In this document: positions 21,540 to 31,485 of the stretch, piece after piece
How positions within the stretch are numbered: the stretch's first letter is position 1
Layout of the letters: the number at the start of each line of letters is the position of its first letter
DNA from: an uncultured bacterium
Lineage (GTDB): Bacteria > Oederibacteriota > JAAXVQ01 > JAUVAV01
Assembly: GCA_963710755.1 (NCBI GenBank)
Contig: CAVQBK010000003.1
Span: 800,001-864,000, forward strand
DNA length: 64,000 bases
Direction: 5' to 3'
Position numbers and translations under genes: made by a program
The notes under the pieces: generated by a model
The model's database searches: none
Told to the model about the DNA's origin: nothing
Seen by the model: the letters and a program-made list of their open reading frames with translations, nothing else

Positions 21540-22580
21540 ATGAAGCTCCGTTATTTTTTACCGGTTATCCTGCCGGTGATGGTGATGATGAGTATGGCCG
21601 GATGCCAGCTTGATCCGGAGACGAGGCAAAAAATAGCAGCCTTACAAGCTCAGCACCAGCGGCAGCTGCAAGGCATGACCCAGTTGCAAAATGACATAAA
21701 GCAACTGAGTGATGACTCGCCCATTGTCTATGTGGACATGGTCGGTGACCAGGCACAGTTGTTTTTAACCGGCAAAGATGGTCAGCAGCGGCGGCAGCTG
21801 ACATCGGTCCCGGGCTACAAATGCAGGCCCAGCTGGTCGCTTGATCACCACCACATTGCCTTTTTTCATTACCAAAGTAACCGCCCTCTCGATGATTATG
21901 TTGATATTGCGGTGATCGATGCCGACGGGTCCAACCTGCGTGAGGTTGTTAAAAACAAAAAAATCGACACCAAGAAAATCAGAATTAGCTGGCATCCCCA
22001 AGGGCATACCCTCTATGTTCAGGAAAAAGATTTTCCGGCCATGCTCTTTGGTTATAGTGTTGAAACCGGGCAGCAGGTGGACACCGTGCGTCTGCCCAAG
22101 AATACGTTCATGACTGAAGTCCACACCCTCTCCCCCAACTTCGAGTTGTTGGCCGGTGAAGGGCCGTCCAAACAAGACGGTATCATGCACGTCGGCACCA
22201 TCAGAAGAGACGGCCAGAAGGAAACCGATCTCATGCGTCCCTTTATGAAGGTTTCCTATCATCTGGGTACAGTCGTGTGGTCTTACCACTCCGATCTGAT
22301 AGCCTTTGAACTGGACAACATTGTGATGGTCATGTCCAGCAGTTTCCGTCTCGATTTTAAAGCCTATGTCATCACCCCCCAGGATTTTGATGCCCAGATC
22401 TCTCAGCCGGCCATATCTCCCACGGGCAAGTATTTAGCGGCGGTCATGGAGCAAACCGAGGAAGGGCACCGCGGTTCGGGCGATACGGAAGTGATTTCCA
22501 ACATCTGGGTGATGAATATCGACGGCACCAAACAGGTCCCCATCACCACCTCGGGCACCTGCTTTGACCCCCACTGGTAA
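21540..22580 (+). CDS. Lipoprotein with an N-terminal coiled coil and a TolB-like beta-propeller
   Basis: Lipobox MAGC, Gln-rich helix, and PSWS / DADGSNLR / PAISPTGK / MNIDGTKQ..PHW propeller-blade motifs. Confidence 0.7.
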   Translation: MKLRYFLPVILPVMVMMSMAGCQLDPETRQKIAALQAQHQRQLQGMTQLQNDIKQLSDDSPIVYVDMVGDQAQLFLTGKDGQQRRQLTSVPGYKCRPSWSLDHHHIAFFHYQSNRPLDDYVDIAVIDADGSNLREVVKNKKIDTKKIRISWHPQGHTLYVQEKDFPAMLFGYSVETGQQVDTVRLPKNTFMTEVHTLSPNFELLAGEGPSKQDGIMHVGTIRRDGQKETDLMRPFMKVSYHLGTVVWSYHSDLIAFELDNIVMVMSSSFRLDFKAYVITPQDFDAQISQPAISPTGKYLAAVMEQTEEGHRGSGDTEVISNIWVMNIDGTKQVPITTSGTCFDPHW

Positions 22581-22582
22581 CT

Positions 22583-23341
22583 ATGGGCGCTCCACGATTT
22601 ATCCTTGATCACCTGAATTGGCCAGCCAACCAAGTTTTTCTGAAAGGCGATGATCTCGCTCACTGTCGCAGTCTGCGTTTAAAACCCAAAGACAAAGTGT
22701 TGATTGGAGACGGTCATGGCCGGGCCTTTCATGGGGAGTTGATCCATCTTGATGCTCAACAGGCTACAGTACAGTTGGGCCAGGAATATCATCCCCATAC
22801 TGAATCTCCTTTGAACCTTACCCTCTATCAAGGGCTGACCAAAGGCAGCAAACTGGAACTGATCATTCAAAAAACCACGGAACTGGGTGTTAGCCGGGTG
22901 GTGCCTGTGATCAGTGCCTTTTCCCAAGTTAAAATTCATCAGGAAAGGGAGCATAAACAGCATCGCTACGTGGAGATTGCCCGCCAGGCTTGCCAACAAT
23001 CAGGACGGCTTAAAATTCCCGAAGTCAGCACGCCTGTGACCATGGCCGAAGCCCTGCAGCAGGGCCAGGGCCAGGACCTGGTGCTGCTGTTTCACCAGGA
23101 GCCGGACCTGCGAAGCCTGACATGGACCAGCCTGCGCCACACGTATGGCCAGGCACAAACCATTAGTCTCTTTGTGGGACCGGAAGGCGGTTTTAGCCAT
23201 GACGAAGTAACCCAGGCCCAGGAGCAGGGCGTGCATATCATTACCTTGGGACCGCGCATCTTAAGGGCGGAAACCGCCGGTATGGTGGTCGTGGCCTTGG
23301 CCCAGGAGACGTGGGGTGATTTGGGCGGACCATTGGGTTAA
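22583..23341 (+). CDS. rsmE: 16S rRNA m3U1498 methyltransferase
   Basis: QKTTELGV, ACQQSGR, VGPEGGF and LGPRILRAETA motifs. Confidence 0.95.
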   Translation: MGAPRFILDHLNWPANQVFLKGDDLAHCRSLRLKPKDKVLIGDGHGRAFHGELIHLDAQQATVQLGQEYHPHTESPLNLTLYQGLTKGSKLELIIQKTTELGVSRVVPVISAFSQVKIHQEREHKQHRYVEIARQACQQSGRLKIPEVSTPVTMAEALQQGQGQDLVLLFHQEPDLRSLTWTSLRHTYGQAQTISLFVGPEGGFSHDEVTQAQEQGVHIITLGPRILRAETAGMVVVALAQETWGDLGGPLG

Positions 23342-23567
23342 TACGTCCTGGCGAATTCCACGCATTTCAATGGGGCCCCTAGGGAAAATAAAAATAATGA
23401 ACTACTTCCTCTTGTGTCAAAAGACCCTGTAATTCATTGCGGGAGCTTAACGGGTGTTAAAGACGGGCCTGGCTTATGGGGTTCTATTGCAGCCAATAAA
23501 CTTTGCCTAGCCCTGATCACAGGTCTTGTGGTAAATTTAGGCATCTTCTCAAGAAAGGAAAGACCCT

Positions 23568-24443
23568 ATGCGTCCATCATCTTTTGCCATTAAAGGTACC
23601 ACCCGCTTGGCTGGGGTGATCGGCTGGCCGATCCATCATTCCTTGTCCCCGGTGATGCAAAATGCAGGCTTTCGGCATTTGGGCTTGGATGTGGTTTATG
23701 TGCCGATGGGTGTGCCGCCCCAAGGATTAAAGGACCTGCTTCGCAGTTTGAAAGCTTTGAATTGTATGGGGGTGAATGTTACCATTCCCTATAAGGAAAA
23801 GGTGATTACTCTTTTGGATGAGCTCGATGAAACTGCGGCTCGGATTGGCGCTGTCAACACCATCGTCTTTGAAGACAACCGCACCAAGGGATACAATACC
23901 GATGCCTCGGGATTCGTCACAGCTGTTCAGAAACGCATTAAGATTAAAGGGAAAAATGCCGTTCTTCTAGGTGGAGGGGGGGCCGGCCGGGCCGTGGCCA
24001 TGAGCCTGGTCCTCCACGGCGCAAGCCATCTGACGGTTGCAGAACTGGAGTCGAAAAAGCGCAGACGACTGCACCGGGATATAATGACCCTCAACACCGG
24101 GGTGGAGCTCCAAACCCTGGCACCTGAGTCGGCAGGTTTGCAAACGGCTTTGACTCAGGCCGACTTAATAGTCAATGCCACACCTTTGGGATTAAGACCG
24201 TCCGATCCGTTGCCTCTGCCCAAGGCGTGGATACCGAACCACCGTTGTGTCATGGATTTGGCCTACGGGAGAGGCCTGACCAAGTTATTGACGCTGGCCC
24301 GGCAAAAACGCAATACTATCATTCCCGGCTGGGAAATGTTGCTTTACCAGGGAACAAAAGCTTTTACTTTATGGAGCAAGCGGCCGGCACCCATTGACGT
24401 GATGGCTCGGGCCCTGACCCAAGCCGCTGGTATCAAGCGGTAG
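23568..24443 (+). CDS. aroE: Shikimate dehydrogenase
   Basis: HSLSP, NVTIPYK, GAVNT, NTD and NATPLG motifs. Confidence 0.95.
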   Translation: MRPSSFAIKGTTRLAGVIGWPIHHSLSPVMQNAGFRHLGLDVVYVPMGVPPQGLKDLLRSLKALNCMGVNVTIPYKEKVITLLDELDETAARIGAVNTIVFEDNRTKGYNTDASGFVTAVQKRIKIKGKNAVLLGGGGAGRAVAMSLVLHGASHLTVAELESKKRRRLHRDIMTLNTGVELQTLAPESAGLQTALTQADLIVNATPLGLRPSDPLPLPKAWIPNHRCVMDLAYGRGLTKLLTLARQKRNTIIPGWEMLLYQGTKAFTLWSKRPAPIDVMARALTQAAGIKR

Positions 24444-24476
24444 CCCGCGGCAATGGTCAACTGAGAGGAGTTACCC

Positions 24477-25544
24477 ATGATCGCGTCCATTGATATTTTG
24501 GTCAAAAAGATGTTTGAAAAGCAGGCTTCCGATCTGCATATGACGGCCAACGCTGTGCCCATGATGCGCATTGACGGCGATGTGGTGCCTGCTGACGAGG
24601 AACCGTTGCGACCGGAGCGTTGTCTGGCTCTGGCCTACAGTGTATTAACCGATGAGCAAAAAGAAAAGTTCGAACATGAGCATGAACTCAATCTTTCCTT
24701 TGGCATCAGCAATGTCGGCCGCGTCAGAATGAGCATGTTCAAACAACGGGGCAGCGTGGCCGCAACCTTGCGTTCTGTTCCCAATGAAGTTGAGTCTTTT
24801 GAAGCGCTCGGCCTGCCGCCAATTGTGGCTGACATTGTACAGCTGCCCAAGGGCCTGTTGCTGGTCACCGGCCCTACGGGATCAGGAAAATCCACCACCA
24901 TTACCTCCATGCTCGATTGGATCAACCGCAATAAGGCTCTTCATATCATGACCTTGGAAGAACCCATTGAATATATTCATTCCAATCAGAAAGCCATTAT
25001 CAACCAACGGGAAGTAGGCACGGACACCTCCAGTGATGCTCAAACCCTGCGTCAGGTCATGCGCTGCGATCCGGACGTGGTCATGATGAGCGATCTCCAT
25101 AGTATTGAGACCATTCAGGCGGCCTTGACCTTGGCGGAGACCGGGCATTTGGTGATCGCGGCTATGAACACCACCGATTCCGTGCAGGCCATTTACCGGG
25201 TTATTGACACCTTTCCACCCCATCAGCAGTTCCGGGCCCGTATGCAATTGTCCATTGCCTTGCAGACGGTTTTGGTACAGCAATTGTTGCCCAAGGGCTA
25301 TTCCTCCGGCCGTGTCCTGGCTTCGGAAATTCTTATTCCCACTTCTGCGGTCAGAGGGCTGATTCGGGAAGGCAAGGAATATCAAATTTATCAGTTAATG
25401 CAGACCGGAGGCGAATACGGTATGCAAACCATGAACCAATCACTATTTGATCTTTATCAAAAACAGTTGGTGACCTATAATGAAATTTTTGCACGGACCA
25501 CGGATCCCCGTGATCTGCAGCAATTGGTTAAAGGAACCCTTTAG
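24477..25544 (+). CDS. pilT: PilT/PilU-family ATPase with degenerate Walker B and His box
   Basis: ASDLH, GPTGSGKSTT, INQREVG, AETGHLV, AVRGLIRE and GMQTMNQSL motifs. Confidence 0.85.
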   Translation: MIASIDILVKKMFEKQASDLHMTANAVPMMRIDGDVVPADEEPLRPERCLALAYSVLTDEQKEKFEHEHELNLSFGISNVGRVRMSMFKQRGSVAATLRSVPNEVESFEALGLPPIVADIVQLPKGLLLVTGPTGSGKSTTITSMLDWINRNKALHIMTLEEPIEYIHSNQKAIINQREVGTDTSSDAQTLRQVMRCDPDVVMMSDLHSIETIQAALTLAETGHLVIAAMNTTDSVQAIYRVIDTFPPHQQFRARMQLSIALQTVLVQQLLPKGYSSGRVLASEILIPTSAVRGLIREGKEYQIYQLMQTGGEYGMQTMNQSLFDLYQKQLVTYNEIFARTTDPRDLQQLVKGTL

Positions 25545-25559
25545 TTTGGGAGGCAGTGC

Positions 25560-26042
25560 ATGGGCAGACGGCATTTTTCGGAAGCGGGTTTTACCTATAT
25601 TGAGATCGTCATTCTGGTGGCCGTGCTGGGGATTGTGGCAGCCTTGCTGTTTCCCTATGTGAAAACCCTGCAGGAAAAAGGCAGGGAAGCTGCCACCAAG
25701 GCCAATATCAGTGCCATTAAATCAGCCATCTCCATCTACTACGGGGATCATGAAGGCGTATGGCCAAGTACGCTTGATGTTAATGATAAAACGCCTGGTT
25801 TTGGCTTTGGAGACTACCTGCCCAGCATGCCCAAAGTGAAGGTTACTTATCCACCGGATGATAAATTGAATCCCTCCGGCAACGAAGTGGCTTATAAGAC
25901 CTTTCAAGCCGATCCCAGCCTGGAAAAACCCAATGTCTTTGGCAAAGGCTGGCGCTATGAAAAAGAAACCGGACGCATCTGGGTCAACAGCACGCTTCTG
26001 GACAGCGATGGCATGCCTTATTCCAGCTATGGCTATCAATAA
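25560..26042 (+). CDS. Type IV pilin / GspG-like prepilin
   Basis: Class III signal AG|FTYIE, then a hydrophobic helix and an AISIYYGD..G.WP segment. Confidence 0.88.
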   Translation: MGRRHFSEAGFTYIEIVILVAVLGIVAALLFPYVKTLQEKGREAATKANISAIKSAISIYYGDHEGVWPSTLDVNDKTPGFGFGDYLPSMPKVKVTYPPDDKLNPSGNEVAYKTFQADPSLEKPNVFGKGWRYEKETGRIWVNSTLLDSDGMPYSSYGYQ

Positions 26043-26103
26043 ACCACGGCGCAGTGTTTGTTATTCACCAGGTCCGGGATGAATTGCAGCAGGCCTTTTG
26101 TTC

Positions 26104-26132
26104 TTGATTTTTACAGGCATGACCCTTATAAT
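26104..26132 (+). promoter_or_regulatory. Sigma70-type promoter of the pilM operon
   Basis: TTGATT-N17-TATAAT. Confidence 0.65.
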
Positions 26133-26330
26133 CCAGCAAAAGACGTGTCAATAGAATTTTTATTAAGATTGCCAAAAAACTTTAAAAATAATTCGAAAAT
26201 TTTTCATCTTTCGGGAGATCTACGCGATTGCGGGAATAAAGCTTAGACCATTACCAGCACAGGGCCGTTTTGCTTTCCTGTGAACATCAAGCGCGTCATC
26301 GTAACCAACGAGTCCCACGGAGGCATGCGG

Positions 26331-27437
26331 GTGCTAGACTTTTTGAAAAACCGCAGTTTAATTGGTCTGGATATTGGCAATCACATGATCAAGGCTGTCC
26401 AAATGAAACGGAAAGGCGATGCGCTTCGTTTGGTAAGTCTGGCCGTGGCGGAAGTCCCTCCTGAAGTCCAGGAAGAAGCCGATCCCTATCTTAAAAATGA
26501 CCTGCTCTCCGCCTGCATAAAACAGTTGATGAAAGACAATGATATTAAAGGCACCCAGGTGGTTTCGGCCATTGCCGGAGACGCGGTTATTGTCCGCTAC
26601 GTCAAACTGCCTTATATGAGCGAAGACGAACTTAAAAATGTCATCTCCTATGAAGCCGAACAATATATACCCCTGGCCATAGACCAAGTGGTGCTGGATT
26701 TTGAAGTGCTGGGCGAACTGGAAGAGGATGGCCAGCGTAAAATTGAAGTACTGCTGGTGGCCGCCAAAGAAGAAATTATAGAACAACACATGGCCCTTTT
26801 AAAACAAACCGGTCTAGCGCCTGCGGTCATTGACGTGGATTCCTTTGCCCTGCAAAATTGTCATGAATACAATTACGACGTGGTGGCCGGGGAGACGATC
26901 GCCTTGATCAATATCGGCGCCAAGCTGACCACCATCAATATTCTGGAGGGCGGCATTACCCACCTTACCCGGGATGTAGCCGTGGCAGGCAACAATTTCA
27001 CGCGCGAAATCCAGCGTGAATTCGATCTGTCCTTTCCGGAAGCGGAAAAAATGAAAAAGGACGAAGGGGAAGTACTGATTGAATCGGAAGACATTATGCA
27101 AATGGAAATTCCTAAAAAGGATGATAAAGCCACTAAAATAGGAGATTCCTTCACGCCTGTGCTCAACAAATTGGTGGCCGAGATACAGCGTTCCTTTGAT
27201 TACTATGAAAGTTCCATCAAGAAAAGCCCGGTCACCAGGATTATTCTTTCCGGAGGAACATCGCAGCTTAAAAATTTGGATAAATACCTGGCTGAGAAGC
27301 TGGACGTGGCGGTGGAACTAAACAATCCTTTTAAACATATTCAGATACCGGAGAAAGAGTTCGACTTGGAGTATATCGCCGCCAATGCCCAATTGTTTAA
27401 TATTGGCGTGGGCCTGGCCCTGCGTCAGATGGAGTAA
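26331..27437 (+). CDS. pilM: Type IV pilus assembly protein PilM
   Basis: IGLDIG, EAEQYIP, VLLVAA, ALINIGA, LSGG and GLALR motifs. GTG start at 26331 after GGAGG. Confidence 0.93.
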   Translation: MLDFLKNRSLIGLDIGNHMIKAVQMKRKGDALRLVSLAVAEVPPEVQEEADPYLKNDLLSACIKQLMKDNDIKGTQVVSAIAGDAVIVRYVKLPYMSEDELKNVISYEAEQYIPLAIDQVVLDFEVLGELEEDGQRKIEVLLVAAKEEIIEQHMALLKQTGLAPAVIDVDSFALQNCHEYNYDVVAGETIALINIGAKLTTINILEGGITHLTRDVAVAGNNFTREIQREFDLSFPEAEKMKKDEGEVLIESEDIMQMEIPKKDDKATKIGDSFTPVLNKLVAEIQRSFDYYESSIKKSPVTRIILSGGTSQLKNLDKYLAEKLDVAVELNNPFKHIQIPEKEFDLEYIAANAQLFNIGVGLALRQME

Positions 27438-27440
27438 CTT

Positions 27441-28025
27441 GTGGTTAAAATTAACCTCCTGCCGCTCAAGGTTAAAAAATCCAATGTCGCCCTCAAACTG
27501 TATACTTATGTGGTGATGGGTGCGGCCTTGCTGGGTCTGTTGCTGGTGCTAGCGTTGCTCAATCTGGTGGCGCAGACCAGGCATGCCGAAAGTCAGCTTA
27601 AAGTCATAGAGGCCAAACGCCAGGCCATCGCAGATCAGATCAAACCCATCAGGACTCTTCTGGACCAGGAAAAAGAAGTGATGAATACAAAAAAAATGAT
27701 TTATAACCTCTCGCTCAATCAGGGGCTGTGGATCATTGTCTTGGACCGCCTGGCCGCCCAGGTGCCCCCGGACGTATGGCTCAGCAGTCTAAGCGCCACC
27801 CCCGGCGCCCAGGATCAGGGATTGCAGATCAATATCGAAGGTTCCGCCTATCATAAAATTTCAGTGGCCGATTTTTTAGCTAATCTGGAAAAGACCGATA
27901 TTTTTACTAATGTTAAATTGGAAGGCCTGAGCGATAAAAGCGAGACGACCCTGAAATCAGTACAATTTAAAGTCAGCATGAGTTACAGCGGCTACCTCAC
28001 CGCGGGTGTCGGAGGCAAGCAATGA
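27441..28025 (+). CDS. pilN: Type IV pilus assembly protein PilN
   Basis: N-terminal INLLP, TM helix and P.DVWL motif. Confidence 0.9.
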   Translation: MVKINLLPLKVKKSNVALKLYTYVVMGAALLGLLLVLALLNLVAQTRHAESQLKVIEAKRQAIADQIKPIRTLLDQEKEVMNTKKMIYNLSLNQGLWIIVLDRLAAQVPPDVWLSSLSATPGAQDQGLQINIEGSAYHKISVADFLANLEKTDIFTNVKLEGLSDKSETTLKSVQFKVSMSYSGYLTAGVGGKQ

Positions 28026-28558
28026 ACCGGCAATGGCTCATGTATGGTGTGACCGGTCTGGCGACATTGGTGATTCTGGTGGCTTATGTCTGGTTTGGGT
28101 ACGCACCGCTGGCGCGGCAACTAGGCCAAGCCAAACAGCGTTTGGTCGCGGCGGATAAGGCCTATCAGGAAGAGGAAAGCTTGGTGGCCAGGAGCGATGA
28201 ATTCAGCGAACGTGCGTCCAAGCTAAGGATGGAAAAAGAACGGCTGGCCGAGCAAATGCCGTCGACTGTACAAATGTCGGCTTTGTTAAAATCCATTACC
28301 CTTGCGGCCACAGCCTGCCGGTTTAAAGACATTAAGTTGACGCCCCTGGCTCAGGAAGAAAAAGAAGGCTATGCGATTCAACCCATTAAACTTTCCGCCA
28401 CCTGCCGCTACCATGCTTTAGGTGAATTCATCAGCGAGATCACCGATCTCTCCCGGGTGATCAATCCTCAGGTCCTGGAGATTAAAAGTAAGGACAGCAC
28501 AGGACGGGGTGACTCTATTACCGCTACATTAATGTTGGTGACTTATGTTAAACGCTAA
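28022..28558 (+). CDS. pilO: Type IV pilus assembly protein PilO
   Basis: TM anchor, coiled coil, YHALGEFI motif and operon position. Confidence 0.85.
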   Translation: MNRQWLMYGVTGLATLVILVAYVWFGYAPLARQLGQAKQRLVAADKAYQEEESLVARSDEFSERASKLRMEKERLAEQMPSTVQMSALLKSITLAATACRFKDIKLTPLAQEEKEGYAIQPIKLSATCRYHALGEFISEITDLSRVINPQVLEIKSKDSTGRGDSITATLMLVTYVKR

Positions 28559-28979
28559 TCGTCGATTCGGGTTCATGGCCGGGCTGCTGCTGGGGGGACT
28601 GCTTGCGGTTATGGCGGCCAATCTTGTACAGGCTGAAACAGATGGCCAAAGCCTGTTGCTACGGCAACGGCCAAAAATAACTTATCATGGCGAGCATCTG
28701 CGGGATCCTTTTGTACAACCGGGCGGGTCGCAGGAGCAGCCTGCTACCAATCAGGTGGCCATTGCCTCACTAAAGCTGACCGGTATCATTCGAAATCCCA
28801 CCAGTGCCACCGCGCTGTTTACCACCCAAACCGGGCCGGGGTTTGGTTATCTTTTAAAAGACGGTAAACTTTACGCTGAAAATCATCACTTGGTCACGGG
28901 CGTTACGGGACATATTTTAAATCCTAAAGAAGTCCTTTTAAGACAGGATGGACGGGAAATTGTTTTTAAGTTAAGATGA
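28545..28979 (+). CDS. pilP: PilP-like protein (no lipobox Cys)
   Basis: RDPF and LKLTGII motifs; lies between pilO and pilQ. Confidence 0.65.
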   Translation: MLNANRRFGFMAGLLLGGLLAVMAANLVQAETDGQSLLLRQRPKITYHGEHLRDPFVQPGGSQEQPATNQVAIASLKLTGIIRNPTSATALFTTQTGPGFGYLLKDGKLYAENHHLVTGVTGHILNPKEVLLRQDGREIVFKLR

Positions 28980-29132
28980 GTCTTGCTGTGCATTAGGTCC
29001 ACAATACCGCGTGGCGGCCACGGGGGGACAGCTTTCCCTTCCCCATTTTTGTGAGGGTATCTCCCAAGAGGAGAGGACATTTTGATGATGGGGGAACCTA
29101 ATTGCTTAGGGCACCTTGGATGGACCAAGGAA

Positions 29133-31406
29133 ATGAGCTCGGAGAGGAGTGCAACCTCAGTGCAAAATCAACACTTATACTCTGATCAATCCCGGCGTTT
29201 CCTGATAACCATGCTCCTGGGCGTCATATTGGGGAGCGGCGCTTTGGCTATAGTCAGTCAAGCGCACGCGGAAGAAACTGCAGACGGCGTGGGCTACGCC
29301 GCCGAAGATAGGGCCCGTCTGCTTGGCAGCACCCAAGACCAGTGGACTGCGCGTTTGTTGGATGTGCGCGTAGATCAGCATAATGGCCAGCCGGTGGTTA
29401 AACTTAAGACCACGGCCCGCGTGGCCAGCGCTATTAGTTATCTGAAAAACCCCGATCGTTTATTGATGAAGGTGCGTCATACCCTCTTGACCTGGAAACC
29501 GACTACCTTGCTGGTCCGCCATCCTCCGCTGGAGCGCATTCGCGCTGCCCAGCACGACGACGATGTCTGGGTGGTGCTGGACATGACCCGGCCGGCACGA
29601 TGGCATCGGCAGACCCAGGCCTATGGCTTGGTGTTAACTTTGGGACCGCAAGCAACCGGCCCCGCTCTGGACACAACCCGTCCTACAAACCAGACATTGA
29701 GAGGAAAAACCGTCCGCGCCGGGCAAGCGCAAGTTCGTTATCAGGTGGTGGATGTGGGCGTCGACAATTTGGGCGATAAGACCAAATTGATCATCACCAC
29801 TGATGGTCAGGCGCGTTACAAAGTAGAACGCCGGAAAAATGGCCAGGAAGTGGTAGTGACCCTGGTAGAAGCAGCCCTGGCCTGGCATGGCCGGATCAGT
29901 GGTCTACCTGCAGGGGCTATCCGCACCCTGCATACCCAGGCGCAGCCTAAAAATGGCATGGTGACCGTGGCCGTGGGTCTTACCCAGCCGGCCACCTATG
30001 TGGTTTACAAGGATCAAAACCAAGTTGTGCTCGAATTCAACAATCCCCAGGCTATTGCCCAGGAAGCACCACGGCAAGGCAACCTGAGGGCGTTGATCTC
30101 CGTGGATCTGGAAAACGCGCCTTTGGTCTCAGTACTGCGCGCCCTGGCCCAGGAAGTAAAGTTTGACTTGATCCTCTCTCCCGGTGTGCAACAGGTGAGC
30201 CGGGAGGAGTCGGCTCTTACTTTAAGTATTAACCAACAACCCTTTGAACAAGTACTGGATTTCATTTTGCGTCCCCGCAAGATGGCTTTTGCCGTCAACA
30301 ACAATACCCTGCGCATTGGGCTGGCAGGTGAATTCATGCCTGAGACTAAAATTTTTGTTCTCAAAAATATGGACGTCGCCAATGCCAACATTAAAGAATC
30401 CATTGAAACCGCTTTCACGGAAGGGGCCCGCGACAAAGTAGTGGTGGATAGCTATGGCAATCGCGTCATTGTATCCGCCATTCCCAGCGACCTGGTTCGG
30501 ATCAGCAAGATCATCGGTCATATGGACGTGCAACGTCGGTTGGTGTCGCAAACCTTCCTGCTCAATTACGTGGATGCTGCCAAGATCGCACCGTTGCTTA
30601 AATCCCAATTGTCTTCTCTGGGGGCAGTCAAGGAAAACAAGTCGGAAAATGCCTTGGTAGTCACCGATATTCCCGGCAACATGGAAAGCTTGAGGCGCAT
30701 CATCCGGAACTTGGATACCAAGGCGCAACAGGTCATGATTGAAGCACGTATTGTGGAGGTATCACACACCAACCAGCTCGACCTGGGGGTTGATTGGAAC
30801 GTGGCCAGTGCAGCCGGTGCCAATCCCAACTATACCGTAGCGTCTTCCCCTCAGCCGGTGGGGCAGGTGGGCAGCTTAACCATCGGGTCGCTGCAGTCAG
30901 GGGTGGATTTGAACGCCACCCTCTCGGCTATGGAAACCAAAGGCATGGTCAACACCATTTCCAATCCCAGGATCGCCACTATTAACAAGGAAGAAGCCAC
31001 CTTGAAAGCTAGTCAAAGTATTCCATACATTACCAGCGTGGTGAGCAATGGAGTTGTGAGCCAGATGGTGGACTATCTGGAATTGCCCATTGTCCTCAAG
31101 GTTACGCCCCAAGTCACCAAAGGCAATCAAGTGCTGCTCAATCCTCTGAGCCTGACTGTGACCACGCCTGTGGGCACGGGCAATCCGCCCACTACCACCA
31201 CCCGGTCAGCCAGCACCCAGATGCTGGTCCACGACGGGCAAACCATTGCCATCGGGGGCATGGTCAGAGATGATGAAATCACCACCGAGTCCAAGGTACC
31301 ACTCCTGGGGGATCTGCCGGTATTGGGCTTTTTATTCAAAAGCAATGTGACCAAGAAAAATAAGGTGGAATTGGTGGTGTTTTTAACCACCCATATTTTG
31401 GAATAA
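29133..31406 (+). CDS. pilQ: Type IV pilus secretin PilQ with N-terminal AMIN-like domains
   Basis: QVMIEARIVEV, KVPLLGDLPVLGFLF and ELVVFLT motifs. Start uncertain (29133 or GTG 29160). Confidence 0.92.
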   Translation: MSSERSATSVQNQHLYSDQSRRFLITMLLGVILGSGALAIVSQAHAEETADGVGYAAEDRARLLGSTQDQWTARLLDVRVDQHNGQPVVKLKTTARVASAISYLKNPDRLLMKVRHTLLTWKPTTLLVRHPPLERIRAAQHDDDVWVVLDMTRPARWHRQTQAYGLVLTLGPQATGPALDTTRPTNQTLRGKTVRAGQAQVRYQVVDVGVDNLGDKTKLIITTDGQARYKVERRKNGQEVVVTLVEAALAWHGRISGLPAGAIRTLHTQAQPKNGMVTVAVGLTQPATYVVYKDQNQVVLEFNNPQAIAQEAPRQGNLRALISVDLENAPLVSVLRALAQEVKFDLILSPGVQQVSREESALTLSINQQPFEQVLDFILRPRKMAFAVNNNTLRIGLAGEFMPETKIFVLKNMDVANANIKESIETAFTEGARDKVVVDSYGNRVIVSAIPSDLVRISKIIGHMDVQRRLVSQTFLLNYVDAAKIAPLLKSQLSSLGAVKENKSENALVVTDIPGNMESLRRIIRNLDTKAQQVMIEARIVEVSHTNQLDLGVDWNVASAAGANPNYTVASSPQPVGQVGSLTIGSLQSGVDLNATLSAMETKGMVNTISNPRIATINKEEATLKASQSIPYITSVVSNGVVSQMVDYLELPIVLKVTPQVTKGNQVLLNPLSLTVTTPVGTGNPPTTTTRSASTQMLVHDGQTIAIGGMVRDDEITTESKVPLLGDLPVLGFLFKSNVTKKNKVELVVFLTTHILE

Positions 31407-31485
31407 CCCTCCGTCGGCATCTGCTGCCCGGAACAGTCCTGGCGTCAGTGCAGGCCGAGCCCGACATGCGCTGGAGCCGATGGGA

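Noticed and set aside
21300-21540. 6S RNA or RNase P candidate (GGGTTCAG, GGAGTCC motifs)
   Set aside because: Only short chance-level matches; no GAGGAAAGTCC core and no convincing 6S central bubble. Kept only as an unassigned structure.
26066-26095. CAGGTCCGG...GCAGC resembling SRP RNA helix 8
   Set aside because: The conserved GGAA tetraloop / GGAAGCAG spacing is broken and there is no enclosing long helix.
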